A stretch of 64,000 nt of DNA, taken from assembly GCA_930980855.1 (NCBI GenBank), contig CAKNIZ010000001.1:87198-151197 (forward strand), in the 5' to 3' direction. The DNA comes from an uncultured Clostridium sp. GTDB taxonomy: Bacteria; Bacillota; Clostridia; TANB77; CAG-508. Below the pieces are notes generated by a model. It searched no databases, was not told the origin of the DNA, and saw only the letters and a program-made list of their open reading frames with translations. Position numbers and translations under genes: made by a program. Positions 39,920 through 49,825 of this stretch are shown in pieces (positions within the stretch are counted from its first letter, which is position 1; every line of letters starts with the position of its first letter).

Positions 39920-40651
39920 ATGTTTAAAATCATAATTGCCAATAATAATGATATTTTTTACAACAGCTTATCTAATATTCTTTTGCAAAATGAACTAAAT
40001 ATTGAACTAATGAAAGTACCACCAAACAAGTTAGGAAAACTAATTTGTAAAATCAAGCCAAAAGATAATGTAATAATATTGGACTCAAACACTTCACTTA
40101 CATTTTGTAGAAATGTATTGAAGAATGCAATGGAAAATGTAGATACTAAAAAAGTGAATATCATTATTTTGGTAGTCGACTCTAATAGCATATCCAATAT
40201 TAAATACGAATACCATTATCACTTTTTCAAAACTTCTAATCATACAAGCTTACTTGATATTGTAAAACTGGTGTCTGATTCATTAAAAGATTGTTTAGAA
40301 ATAGAAAAATCAATTAATGATTTATTAAATAGTCTTGGATTTACTTATTATTTTAAAGGAACTATTTATTTGAAAGATGCAATTCAATTTGCATATATTG
40401 AACGAAATTTATTATATGATACAAAAACACTTGTGAAAAAGGTTGCAAAAAGACATAAAATAAAAAACGATAGAATTGTTCGTTCTGATATGGATAGAGC
40501 CTTAAATAGTATGCTAACTTATATTGAAAAAGATAAGATTTACAATATTTTTGGAAAACATTATGATGGAAGAATAATTAGTTTAAAATATTTTATTGAC
40601 CTGTGTATTCGATATTTAGAAGAACAACGATATTGCTGTTTAGAAAATTAA
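39920..40651 (+). CDS. pseudo-receiver protein with Spo0A C-terminal-like DNA-binding domain
   Basis: The C-terminal half (GFTYYFKGTIYLKDAIQFAYIE...VAKRH..NDRIVRSDMDRAL...IFG) follows the Spo0A_C effector domain pattern. The N-terminal half is receiver-like but has IIIANNND in place of the acidic pocket. Confidence 0.55.
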   Translation: MFKIIIANNNDIFYNSLSNILLQNELNIELMKVPPNKLGKLICKIKPKDNVIILDSNTSLTFCRNVLKNAMENVDTKKVNIIILVVDSNSISNIKYEYHYHFFKTSNHTSLLDIVKLVSDSLKDCLEIEKSINDLLNSLGFTYYFKGTIYLKDAIQFAYIERNLLYDTKTLVKKVAKRHKIKNDRIVRSDMDRALNSMLTYIEKDKIYNIFGKHYDGRIISLKYFIDLCIRYLEEQRYCCLEN

Positions 40652-40801
40652 AATAAGGAACTCCCCTCTTAAAAGTAGTTCCTTAAAAATAAAGTGTTAG
40701 TGCTAAATGTTTGAACTACATTTAGCACACTTTTATGGGTATTCAATGCAAACCATTTTATCAAAATTATAATTTCTTTCAAACCACTTATGTGCTTTTT
40801 G

Positions 40802-42731
40802 TTAGTATAATGTATCATCCTTTAACATATCCACAATATTTTTGTTCAAAATCTTTTTTCCACCAATATAATAAGCTATACTTACTGCTAATAAAATAAA
40901 TATTATATAGCAAAGTATTGGTATTATAGGCATATTATTTATATAATCAGACAATAATATTTGACTAGCGTTTAAAAATAATAAAACAATCGGAACATTT
41001 ATTATTAGGCTTATTATAATAGGTTTTAAACTTATTATTAATGCCTCATAAGTTAAAATCTTTTTTATACCTTTGCGTGATAATCCAATAGACATATATC
41101 TAGCAAATTCTCTTTTTCTTAAAGAAATTTGTGATATACAGTTTGAAAATACATTTACAATTCCAATCAATGCAAGAATTCCTGCTAAAGTCCAAATTAT
41201 AATTCTTAATCCGCTTCTTATATTCTTGTCAGAAGTCTCTTCTTGTATTCTATTTTGTATTTGATATTCAATTCCAGTAATTTTCTGTTCAATTTTATTT
41301 TGTATATCATATATTTCTGATATATTATTAATTTTTACATTAAAATATGTAGGATTATTCATCATATTACTATTAATTTTATTAGCATAACTTTCACTAA
41401 TTATTAAAACTAATTCGCATTCATATCTATTATATTCTTCTTTTAGATTAGGTAATTCTTGTGCATAATTTGTTATATATATAGTATATTTCTGTGATTC
41501 ATTATTTTTCTCAAATATTTCTAATTTTAAATTGTCTATTTCTTGTAAATATGGGATGTATTCTCCTTTTAAATTGTGATTCTTACTTTTCCATATCTTA
41601 TTTATTGCAACGCATTTTTCTTGTGCAGATAAATTACTACCGTTATTATTTTGCAAAGAATTATAATATCCATCAAAACTTACGTCGTCTAATATTATAA
41701 TTGGAATACCTATTTGATATTTTCCATTTTCATTCTCAGTAATATTCTCACTAATTACATCTAACCCACCTGCTACATTTAGTTCATTACTAAAGTATGT
41801 AGAATCTATTTCAGCATAAAAAGTACATTTTTTATAATTAATACATTCTTTAATTCCAGCCATATCTCTTATTTCTTGGGTAAGTTCATTTCTATTATTC
41901 ATATCTGGCATTTGGAACATTATATCCCATTTATCCCTATATCTTTCAAAGAATGTTTTATTAGTTGATAAATCTGATACTGTTTCAAAATTTAGAAATG
42001 TAATTAAAGCTAATGATGAACAAATAAATGCTCTTGTTGCTGTACGAAAACTTTTTTTTCGTGAATATATTGACTTCCTTGCTATTTCTCCTTCTATTCC
42101 AAAAATTTTAGAAAAAATCATAAATTTTTTCATTTTTTTAACTTTTGTATCATCTCTATAGAATATTGCATCCATAACTGAAACTTTAGCAATTTTTCTT
42201 GCAGGAATAGTCGCTGATATCCAAACTGTTATAAAAGAAATAGCAGCAGAAATAATAGCAACTAAAATATTATATCTAAAATATAGTTCAGAATCTCTTG
42301 CAAGCTCTGTTGCTTTAATTATAAATTGCATAAGAATATATGTTGCTACTATACCCAACAAGGTTCCGAATTACGATTGGAACTAAACTTAAAATTATAA
42401 CTTCATACCTTAATATTTGCTTAATTTGTTTTGGCGTTGCCCCTACACTTTTTAAAATTCCTAATTGATGTAATCTTGAATTCATTGACATAGCAAAAAT
42501 ATTATATATCATTAAGATTAACGAAAACATTGCCATAAATAATATAAATAGAAATGCAAAGATTTCCACTGTTGTTTGGGTTTGTCCTCTAGCAATATTA
42601 TCGGCATATAGATTGTAAAATATTCCTGTCAATAATGAAAGGAGCAATGAAGCAAGAAATGAAGTTATTGCTATTGAAACACTTGTTGTTTTATTATTTC
42701 TTATATGATTTATAACATATTCTTTTATCAT
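40802..42731 (-). pseudogene. BceB-type ABC permease (FtsX), frameshifted (ORFs 42315-42731 and 40802-42361)
   Basis: Ten TMs and a large extracellular loop are typical of bacitracin/lantibiotic-type permeases. Removing one base in ATTCGG (plus 42366-42373) joins ...VPIVIGTLLGIVATY... Confidence 0.7.
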
Positions 42732-42743
42732 TACATTACCTCC

Positions 42744-43423
42744 TTATCTTATATACTCATCTGATATAATTTTTCCATCTTCTATTCTAATGATTCTGTC
42801 TGCTTGTAAAGCTATGTTTTCATCATGTGTTATTAAAATTAAAGTCTGATTATATTTTTTATTGGAATACTTTAAAATTTCAATAATTTCTTGTCCATTT
42901 TTCTTATCAAGATTTCCAGTAGGTTCATCAGCCAAAATAATAGATGGTGCATTTATAAGAGCCCTACCGAATCGCAACTCTTTGTTGTTGACCACCAGAT
43001 AATTGATTTGGAAAATGTTTTTTTCTATTACTTAATCCTAACATATCTAGAAGTTCATTAACTCTATCTTCATTTATTTTTTGTTTATCTAATTTAAGTG
43101 GTAAAACCATATTTTCATAAACATTTAATATTGGTATTAGATTATAAAATTGATAAATAAGTCCAACATTGCGACGTCTAAAAATAGCAAGTTCTTCTTC
43201 ACTTTTTGTATATATTTCTTTTTTATCTACATAAATTTTACCGTGAAGTAGGAATGTCTACACCTCCCAACAAATGTAAAAGTGTTGATTTTCCAGAGCC
43301 AGATTGCCCTACTATTGCCACAAATTCTCCTTTTTTAACAGAAAAAGAAACATTGTTTAAAGCCACAACTTCATTTTCTCCTTTATAAATTTTAGTTAAG
43401 TTTTCAACTTTTAATATTTCCAT
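42744..43423 (-). pseudogene. BceA-type ABC ATPase with two frameshifts
   Basis: An N-terminal fragment with Walker [10 protein letters not shown] and a C-terminal fragment with ILADEPTG are in different frames. The middle translates to LSGGQQQRVAI in a third frame. Each break is resolved by removing one base in NNCGG. Confidence 0.7.
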
Positions 43424-43538
43424 ATAGATTACCTCCTAAATTTAATATAACACAAGTTTAGTGACACATCCGTGACTTTATTATTACAAATATGTCACTT
43501 TTAAATAAATATAAAAAACGAAACATTATGACTTCACA

Positions 43539-44555
43539 TTATGCTTCGTTAAAAAATTTAATATTAAATTCTGCACCTTTGTTTTCTCTATTTTTGGCAG
43601 TAATAACTCCATTTTGTTTTGAAACAATCATTTTAGTAAGGTACAGTCCAATTCCTATACCTTCACTACCACTATTGTTTCCTCTATAAAATCGCTCAAA
43701 CAAATGTGGTAAATCCTCTTTACAAATTCCTTTTCCCTCATCAGTTATAATTATTTCTGTATATATCGGATTGGTTTCTGATATAATTTCTATAATACCT
43801 CCATTTTCCGAATGTTCTATACAATTCTTTATTATATTTGAAATAGCTTCAACTGACCAATAATAATCTCCTTTATAATTCGTATTTTTTTCTATTTTTA
43901 ATTTCATTTTGATATTTTTGATTTCAGCTTGAATTTTTAACGGTTCTAATGATTTATTTACAACTTCTTCAACATTTGTTTTTTCTTTTTTTAACTTTAC
44001 AGTATCAGATTCCAATTGAGCTACTTTTAATAATGCTGTAATAAGCCACTCAATTCTTGTTAATAACTTACTTATTTCTTTTATCATTTTTAATCGATCT
44101 TCAAAAGTTAACTCCTGTCTTGATAATCTCGATATCATTATATTTATGGAAGTCATTGGAGTTCTAATTTGATGTGATATATCTGCTAAATAATCTTTCA
44201 AATAATTTTTTTCGTTTTCTAACCTTTCTGTTTGTTCCCTTAATCTAACTGTCATTTTATAAATTTCACTATTCAGAACTGCAAGTTCTCCCTCTTTATT
44301 CACATCAAAATTTGTATAATCATTATTATGTAATATTTTATCTATTTTATAAGTTAATTCACTAATATCATTATATCTTTTTTTCGTAAAGAATAACGAA
44401 ATAAATTCAATGACTAAACAAACTAATATAATATATATTGAGCAAATAATATTAATAAATAATGCTCCCAAAAATACAATAGTATTAAATATAACATATA
44501 TAATTATCTGTTTTTTTATTTCTTCATTTCTAAAAAGACTCATAACATTCTCCAA
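43539..44555 (-). CDS. intramembrane-sensing histidine kinase (BceS-like)
   Basis: Two closely spaced TMs with a minimal loop, a HisKA box (SHQIRTPM) and HATPase_c are present. Confidence 0.85.
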   Translation of the reverse strand: MENVMSLFRNEEIKKQIIIYVIFNTIVFLGALFINIICSIYIILVCLVIEFISLFFTKKRYNDISELTYKIDKILHNNDYTNFDVNKEGELAVLNSEIYKMTVRLREQTERLENEKNYLKDYLADISHQIRTPMTSINIMISRLSRQELTFEDRLKMIKEISKLLTRIEWLITALLKVAQLESDTVKLKKEKTNVEEVVNKSLEPLKIQAEIKNIKMKLKIEKNTNYKGDYYWSVEAISNIIKNCIEHSENGGIIEIISETNPIYTEIIITDEGKGICKEDLPHLFERFYRGNNSGSEGIGIGLYLTKMIVSKQNGVITAKNRENKGAEFNIKFFNEA

Positions 44556-45216
44556 TTTTATAACCTATTCCTCTAACTGTTTTTATTATAATAGGATTTG
44601 TAGGATTATCTTCTATTTTTTCTCGTAATCTTTTTATATAAACAGTTAAAGTATTATCATTAACAAATTCTCCTGCAATATCCCAAATTTCTTCTAGTAA
44701 TCTACTTCTAGACATAATTTCTCCCTGATGATTTATAAATAGTAAAAGTAATTTATATTCTAAAGCTGTCAATACAACTTCTTTGTCATTCTTTGATACA
44801 CTACCTTTTATAGTATCTACCTTTAAATTTGTAATTTTAAAAACTGATGGAGATTTTTTATATCTTCTTAATTGATTTTTTATTCTTGATATGAGTTCTA
44901 AAGGCTTAAATGGTTTTGAAATATAATCATCAGCACCAACATCGAAACCTGTTACAATGCTATACTCATCTTTCATTGCTGTAAGTATAATAATCGGAAT
45001 ATCAATTTTCTTTTTTATTGAATTACAAATGGAAAATCCATTTCCATCTGGCAATATTAAGTCTAATAAGATTAAATCAAATTTATTTTTTTCCAACATT
45101 TTTTCTAGTTCTGATTGTTTAGATATCGATTCTATAGAAAATCCATTCTCTTTAAGTAAAAGAGTTAAATTTTCAGTTATTTCTTTGTTATCTTCCACTA
45201 TTAAAATATGATTCAT
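44530..45216 (-). CDS. OmpR-family response regulator (BceR-like)
   Basis: A receiver domain (ILIVEDNKE...LLDLILPDGNG) and a winged helix (GIGYKI) are present. Confidence 0.9.
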   Translation of the reverse strand: MNHILIVEDNKEITENLTLLLKENGFSIESISKQSELEKMLEKNKFDLILLDLILPDGNGFSICNSIKKKIDIPIIILTAMKDEYSIVTGFDVGADDYISKPFKPLELISRIKNQLRRYKKSPSVFKITNLKVDTIKGSVSKNDKEVVLTALEYKLLLLFINHQGEIMSRSRLLEEIWDIAGEFVNDNTLTVYIKRLREKIEDNPTNPIIIKTVRGIGYKIGECYESF

Positions 45217-45254
45217 ATCATTTTTTCCACCTTTATTTATTACTTCTTATTTTT

Positions 45255-45818
45255 TTACTTTTTTAAGCATATTTCTAATATCTTTCTCATAGTATTAGCT
45301 GTTCTTATTGTTATTGAATTACTAATTTCTGTACTTGCTGTTTTACTCCACCAATTTGATTTCCTATAATTTTTTAAATCAAAAGACCAAAAAATATTAT
45401 TTTTATATTCTTGTATTTTTTCATATTCATTTGGAGAACCTATTGCAGCAAATACTTCTTTATAAGTAGTCGGTGGAATAATAAATATTATATTATCATA
45501 TATCTCTTTATTATCTTTTCCCCACCATTCTGGACTATTACTCATCAATTCTTCTAATTCCTGTGAAGTTGTAACATAAGTTGGTATATCAAATTCAAAT
45601 TTATCTTTTATCATTATTTGTATATTATTTATAATTTCATTTTTATTATTTATATTACTTTCAAAAATTATATTGCCACTATTTAGATAAGTTGTTACTT
45701 CTTTAAATCCTAAATTGGTAAATTCTTTTTTTAATTTGCTCATTGCAATTTTGTTTTTTCCACTAATATTTATTCCTCTCAATAATGCTATATATTTCAT
45801 AATACTTCTCGCTTTCAA
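45255..45818 (-). CDS. DUF1697 family protein
   Basis: MKYIALLRGINISGKNKIAMSKLKKEF...SGNIIF matches the DUF1697 N-terminal signature. Confidence 0.65.
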   Translation of the reverse strand: MKARSIMKYIALLRGINISGKNKIAMSKLKKEFTNLGFKEVTTYLNSGNIIFESNINNKNEIINNIQIMIKDKFEFDIPTYVTTSQELEELMSNSPEWWGKDNKEIYDNIIFIIPPTTYKEVFAAIGSPNEYEKIQEYKNNIFWSFDLKNYRKSNWWSKTASTEISNSITIRTANTMRKILEICLKK

Positions 45819-45895
45819 ATTACTATTTTTATTATCATATCATAAAAAAAAAAATTACTCTATACTTTCATATAAAGTAATTTTAAAATCGTAAT

Positions 45896-46417
45896 TTATA
45901 TTGTTGATAGTATAAAAGCAATAAAATTTGCAACGAATGGGATAATCATACACAAAGCCCACAATAATAAGTTTTTATCATTAGTTTGTTTATATTTATA
46001 AAAATATACAACTGCTGAAAATCCAAATAATAAAGTTGTGTAGCCAGAACATTCTAAATCTTTAATAAGAGAATATACAATAATAATTGTAATTGTTAAT
46101 AATATAAATACAGTTCCAATAGTAACACTTTTATAGTGATTGAACTCTGATAATTTTATAAGATTTTCTTCTGACTTTTCTTTTATTTTATCTTCTGGTA
46201 TTTTTTCACCTGATAAAATATCATTTACACTAACATTTAATATTTCACTTAATGGTTTTAAAAGCGACATATCCATTAAGCAAATTCCTCTTTCCCACTT
46301 GCTAACTGCATTTTTGCTTATATTTAATCTTTCTGCTAATTGCTCTTGAGTTAGTTTTTTATCTTTACGACAACTTGCAATAAATTGACCTATTTTTACT
46401 TTATCCATACTTACCAC
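45896..46417 (-). CDS. XRE-family HTH regulator with C-terminal TM segments
   Basis: LTQEQLAERLNISKNAVSKWERG is an HTH motif, followed by three hydrophobic helices. Confidence 0.7.
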   Translation of the reverse strand: MVSMDKVKIGQFIASCRKDKKLTQEQLAERLNISKNAVSKWERGICLMDMSLLKPLSEILNVSVNDILSGEKIPEDKIKEKSEENLIKLSEFNHYKSVTIGTVFILLTITIIIVYSLIKDLECSGYTTLLFGFSAVVYFYKYKQTNDKNLLLWALCMIIPFVANFIAFILSTI

Positions 46418-46515
46418 CTCTTTATTAACAATTTAGCATAAAAATTATTTATTTTCCACACACTATAGGTTTATTTTAAAAAAACATACCTACAGTTTAC
46501 TTATTAAATTGTAAT

Positions 46516-46737
46516 TTATGTAAAACTTTTTTTCAAACCTTTTTTAAATACTAAAATTGCTTTTGCTGTTCCTGTAATTGACATTGTAACTAATTCATAG
46601 CCATTTTCTAACATTTCATTTGCTTTTTCTTCTACTTTTTGTGCCATATCATCTGCCTTTGGAGAATACTCTATAACAACAGTTTTATACATTTTTTTGC
46701 CTCCTTTCTTTTCTATATAATCATTTATTTTTTTCAT
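46516..46737 (-). CDS. small hypothetical protein (DUF4177-like)
   Basis: The 73-aa ORF carries a YKTVVIEY...GYELVTMS pattern. Confidence 0.35.
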   Translation of the reverse strand: MKKINDYIEKKGGKKMYKTVVIEYSPKADDMAQKVEEKANEMLENGYELVTMSITGTAKAILVFKKGLKKSFT

Positions 46738-47027
46738 TTTTTGAAATATATAGTACCAATAATATTATTCCTGTTAGATTAATTCCTATTGATAAACCTA
46801 ATAGCAGACCTGAACTAAATTCACTAAATGGTGTGGCTTCATTACTACAAAAGAAAGTATAAGCCAAGTACAATATATTTCCTAATATTATTAATAATAT
46901 TCCAGTTTTTCCTTTATTCATAAGTAATCCTCACTTTCAAATTACTATCTTTTGTTAGTATTATATAATAAAGAGTATATAATTTCCACCTTATTACCTA
47001 CTTTACTTATTGTAATTTATTACTAAG

Positions 47028-47612
47028 TTATGAATTGATTTTTCTATAAATATCACCCCAAGTATTCACTTCACTAATATACTCTGTTTCTTCTAGTTTT
47101 TTTAATTTTGTATCTCTAAAGTATAAGGTTTTAATACTATTATCTGATAATTTTTTAATTATTCTCCAATCATCATCAATCATAATATCAATATTTTCTT
47201 TTAGACAAGCTTCTAGTTTATCTTTTTGTCCCCAATAATATTTATCAAATAATATACCATTTTCGTTTAAAACTCTTTTGGCATCATCTTCCATTTCTTT
47301 CATAAAACTTCCATCCGGCATAAGTCCTCTAGCGGTTATAACAACAAAATCATGACCTTGTTTTTTTAATCTATTATAAGTGGCTATAAATCCAGACATA
47401 AGATTACTTTCTCTAGATACTTGTAAAAAATATCTTTTACAAAAATCTTTTTGCTGTTCTTCATTCCAATTATATCTTGATTGAAATTTTGGCTCTGTCC
47501 TATCAACTAAATTATTTTGTTTCAAAACATCTATATCATATATTTCTTCATAAGTCCTAAATGTTGTTTCGCTATCAATTACAACTCCGTCTAAATCTAT
47601 TCCTATTTTCAT
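47028..47612 (-). CDS. HAD-superfamily 5'(3')-deoxyribonucleotidase-like hydrolase
   Basis: The N-terminal IGIDLDGVV matches HAD motif I (DxDG), and the overall layout matches the NT5C-like family. Confidence 0.45.
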   Translation of the reverse strand: MKIGIDLDGVVIDSETTFRTYEEIYDIDVLKQNNLVDRTEPKFQSRYNWNEEQQKDFCKRYFLQVSRESNLMSGFIATYNRLKKQGHDFVVITARGLMPDGSFMKEMEDDAKRVLNENGILFDKYYWGQKDKLEACLKENIDIMIDDDWRIIKKLSDNSIKTLYFRDTKLKKLEETEYISEVNTWGDIYRKINS

Positions 47613-47636
47613 TTTATTTATCTCCTCTATAAATTA

Positions 47637-48113
47637 CTATAATTCTACTAAATCTTTTTCAAAGTCTTTAACATAGTATTTTATATTCTTTGTTCCTTTT
47701 GTGATTATAGTATGCCCTTCTTCTTCAAGTAATCTTTTTTGCAATTCAATCGCCTCTGGATATTTAATATTCAATTCTCCATCTGATTTTAAAGTTCTCC
47801 AATATGGTGTAATATCTGTATTTCTTTGATAACTTGCCCAAGCAACAATATTAACAAATATTCCTGCTGTCATAGGATCAGTAAAATCTGCATTATTTTG
47901 TTTTGCAAAATAATCTCTCATTTGTCCTACTGTAATAAGTTTTCCTTTTGGTACTTTTTTCATCAATTCATCATAATAAATTGGTGGTGCAAAAAACATT
48001 TTAGTTCCACCATACTTCTTAATTGTTTTTTCATCTTCAACTATTTGTATTTTAGGCATATCCTTATTATTTTTCATCATAGCATTGAAATCTTTTTTAT
48101 TTTCATTAGCCAT
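47637..48113 (-). CDS. MGMT-fold DNA-binding protein lacking the catalytic Cys (alkyltransferase-like candidate)
   Basis: PKGKLITVGQM...TPYWRTLKSDGELN...LLEEEG parallels the PCHRV...DGSLGGY...LL.EG pattern of MGMT, but Cys is replaced by Tyr. Confidence 0.4.
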   Translation of the reverse strand: MANENKKDFNAMMKNNKDMPKIQIVEDEKTIKKYGGTKMFFAPPIYYDELMKKVPKGKLITVGQMRDYFAKQNNADFTDPMTAGIFVNIVAWASYQRNTDITPYWRTLKSDGELNIKYPEAIELQKRLLEEEGHTIITKGTKNIKYYVKDFEKDLVEL

Positions 48114-48732
48114 ATTGCTACATCTCCTATCTCAACAAAAAATTACTATTTATTATTCAATTCAAATTAAACATTTTATGATATAAACTAGTATTAGTTT
48201 CTTATTCTTTCTAATTTTTCTATTATATTACTATATTGCTCATTAGCTTTTTGAATATCTCCATTTTTACTACTTCTACGAAAAATATCCTCTATAATAT
48301 TATTTTCAATTAATTTTGCTTCATCTTGATTATAATTTCTATTTTCTATCTTTATTCCTATATTTTTTAATAAATTTGTTTCATTTTCTGATAATTCATT
48401 TAATAAATTCATTTTTCTGCATCCTTTCTACTATTCTTTTATTGCTATCATTAGTTCGTTATCTTGTACTGTTCTTTTTGCATTGTTATACTCAAATTTA
48501 GCACCAGTAAAATACACACTATAGTCTTTATTTTCAAAATAATCCTTATTTATTCTTAAAAATTCATCTACTTCGTCTTCTGATAAATTATTTTTTACTC
48601 TTAACTCATAAAAGGTATATCTTATATAGTTTGGATTTTCTTTTAATTTTTTATCTATGTAATCAGTTACAAATTGCATAGTCATCTTTTCATTTCCTCC
48701 AGGTTGCATTATATCATAATTTTTTCAAAAAA

Positions 48733-49182
48733 TCATTTTTCTCTACAAAATAATTTTTCGATAACATCTGCCTGCTCTCTTGTTATTCTTCCATTTATTA
48801 TTGCCAGTCCAAGTAGTGCTCGTATATTTTCCCACTTCATGCATCTACATCTTCCTTGTGCTGTTTGTTCTATATATTCTAATATTTCTTCTGCTATATA
48901 GTTTGGCACTATAAAGTTTTTAGTAATTTTTTCCATTATTTTACACCTCTGATATATTTTACTGGTTATACAGCCAATAGTCAAGTAACATACTAAACTT
49001 ATATAATTATTTATATTAAGAGCACTAAAGATTCTTTCAACAGCGATTTCGCTACTAGGTAAGTCGTTAGTTATAGAAAAATCTAAAATATGTTTACCTT
49101 CAAAATTAATGGCACAAAAATAGTTACTGGCAGAGCTAACATCAATGCCTACAAACAAAGTAGATAAAACATCTTTATTCAT
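48733..49182 (-). pseudogene. IS110-family transposase N-terminal fragment fused to unrelated sequence
   Basis: LFVGIDVSSASNYFCAI is the IS110 DEDD-domain start. Similarity is lost after about 70 aa, and there is no C-terminal domain. Confidence 0.45.
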
Positions 49183-49546
49183 AGAATCACCACCTTTCTT
49201 GATGGAATAAAGATAAAATAAGGACTATTCCTTAGCAATTAAAAATAAAATCAACCTCGCATATAAGCATTCATTCAAATATTGTTAACGTCATTGCTAC
49301 TTTGATCAATATTTGAAGATGCAGCAGATGGTAAGAAAATAATTTTTAATGCAAGGCTTCACTCTTTATAAGCAATACCAAAAGGTTTGCAGGAGAAAAT
49401 AAAGTTTGCCTTATGTAATATCTAAAAAATATTATACTAAAAAATAGTCCAATTAGAAAGGTTATTTAAAATATAAAAGAAAGAATATGTTTATAAAATT
49501 CAAATTAAATAAACCTTATAAACATATTATACGAGGAGATTTTAGT

Positions 49547-49783
49547 ATGTATAAGTTAAAAATAGAAAATGGCTGTTATATCTTTAAACTTGATGATATG
49601 CTAAAACAAAAAGATATTAGCATAAATCAGTTAATGAAAGATACAAATACAGATTTTAAAGTTATAAAAAGAATAATGACAGGTAATCTAGTAAAGTTAG
49701 ATATTTTCGTTTTAGCACGATTTTGTGATTATCTAAACTGTCCTTTAAATGATCTTGTTCAATATATTCCAAATAAAAAATAA
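49547..49783 (+). CDS. XRE-family (Cro/CI-type) HTH regulator
   Basis: ISINQLMKDTNTDFKVIKRIMTG is an HTH motif. A GGAGA RBS precedes the internal ATG at 49547. The six-frame ORF starts at 49487. Confidence 0.6.
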   Translation: MYKLKIENGCYIFKLDDMLKQKDISINQLMKDTNTDFKVIKRIMTGNLVKLDIFVLARFCDYLNCPLNDLVQYIPNKK

Positions 49784-49825
49784 ACAGTACCAAGCAAAGT
49801 TTTATAACTCTACTCGGTACTGTTT

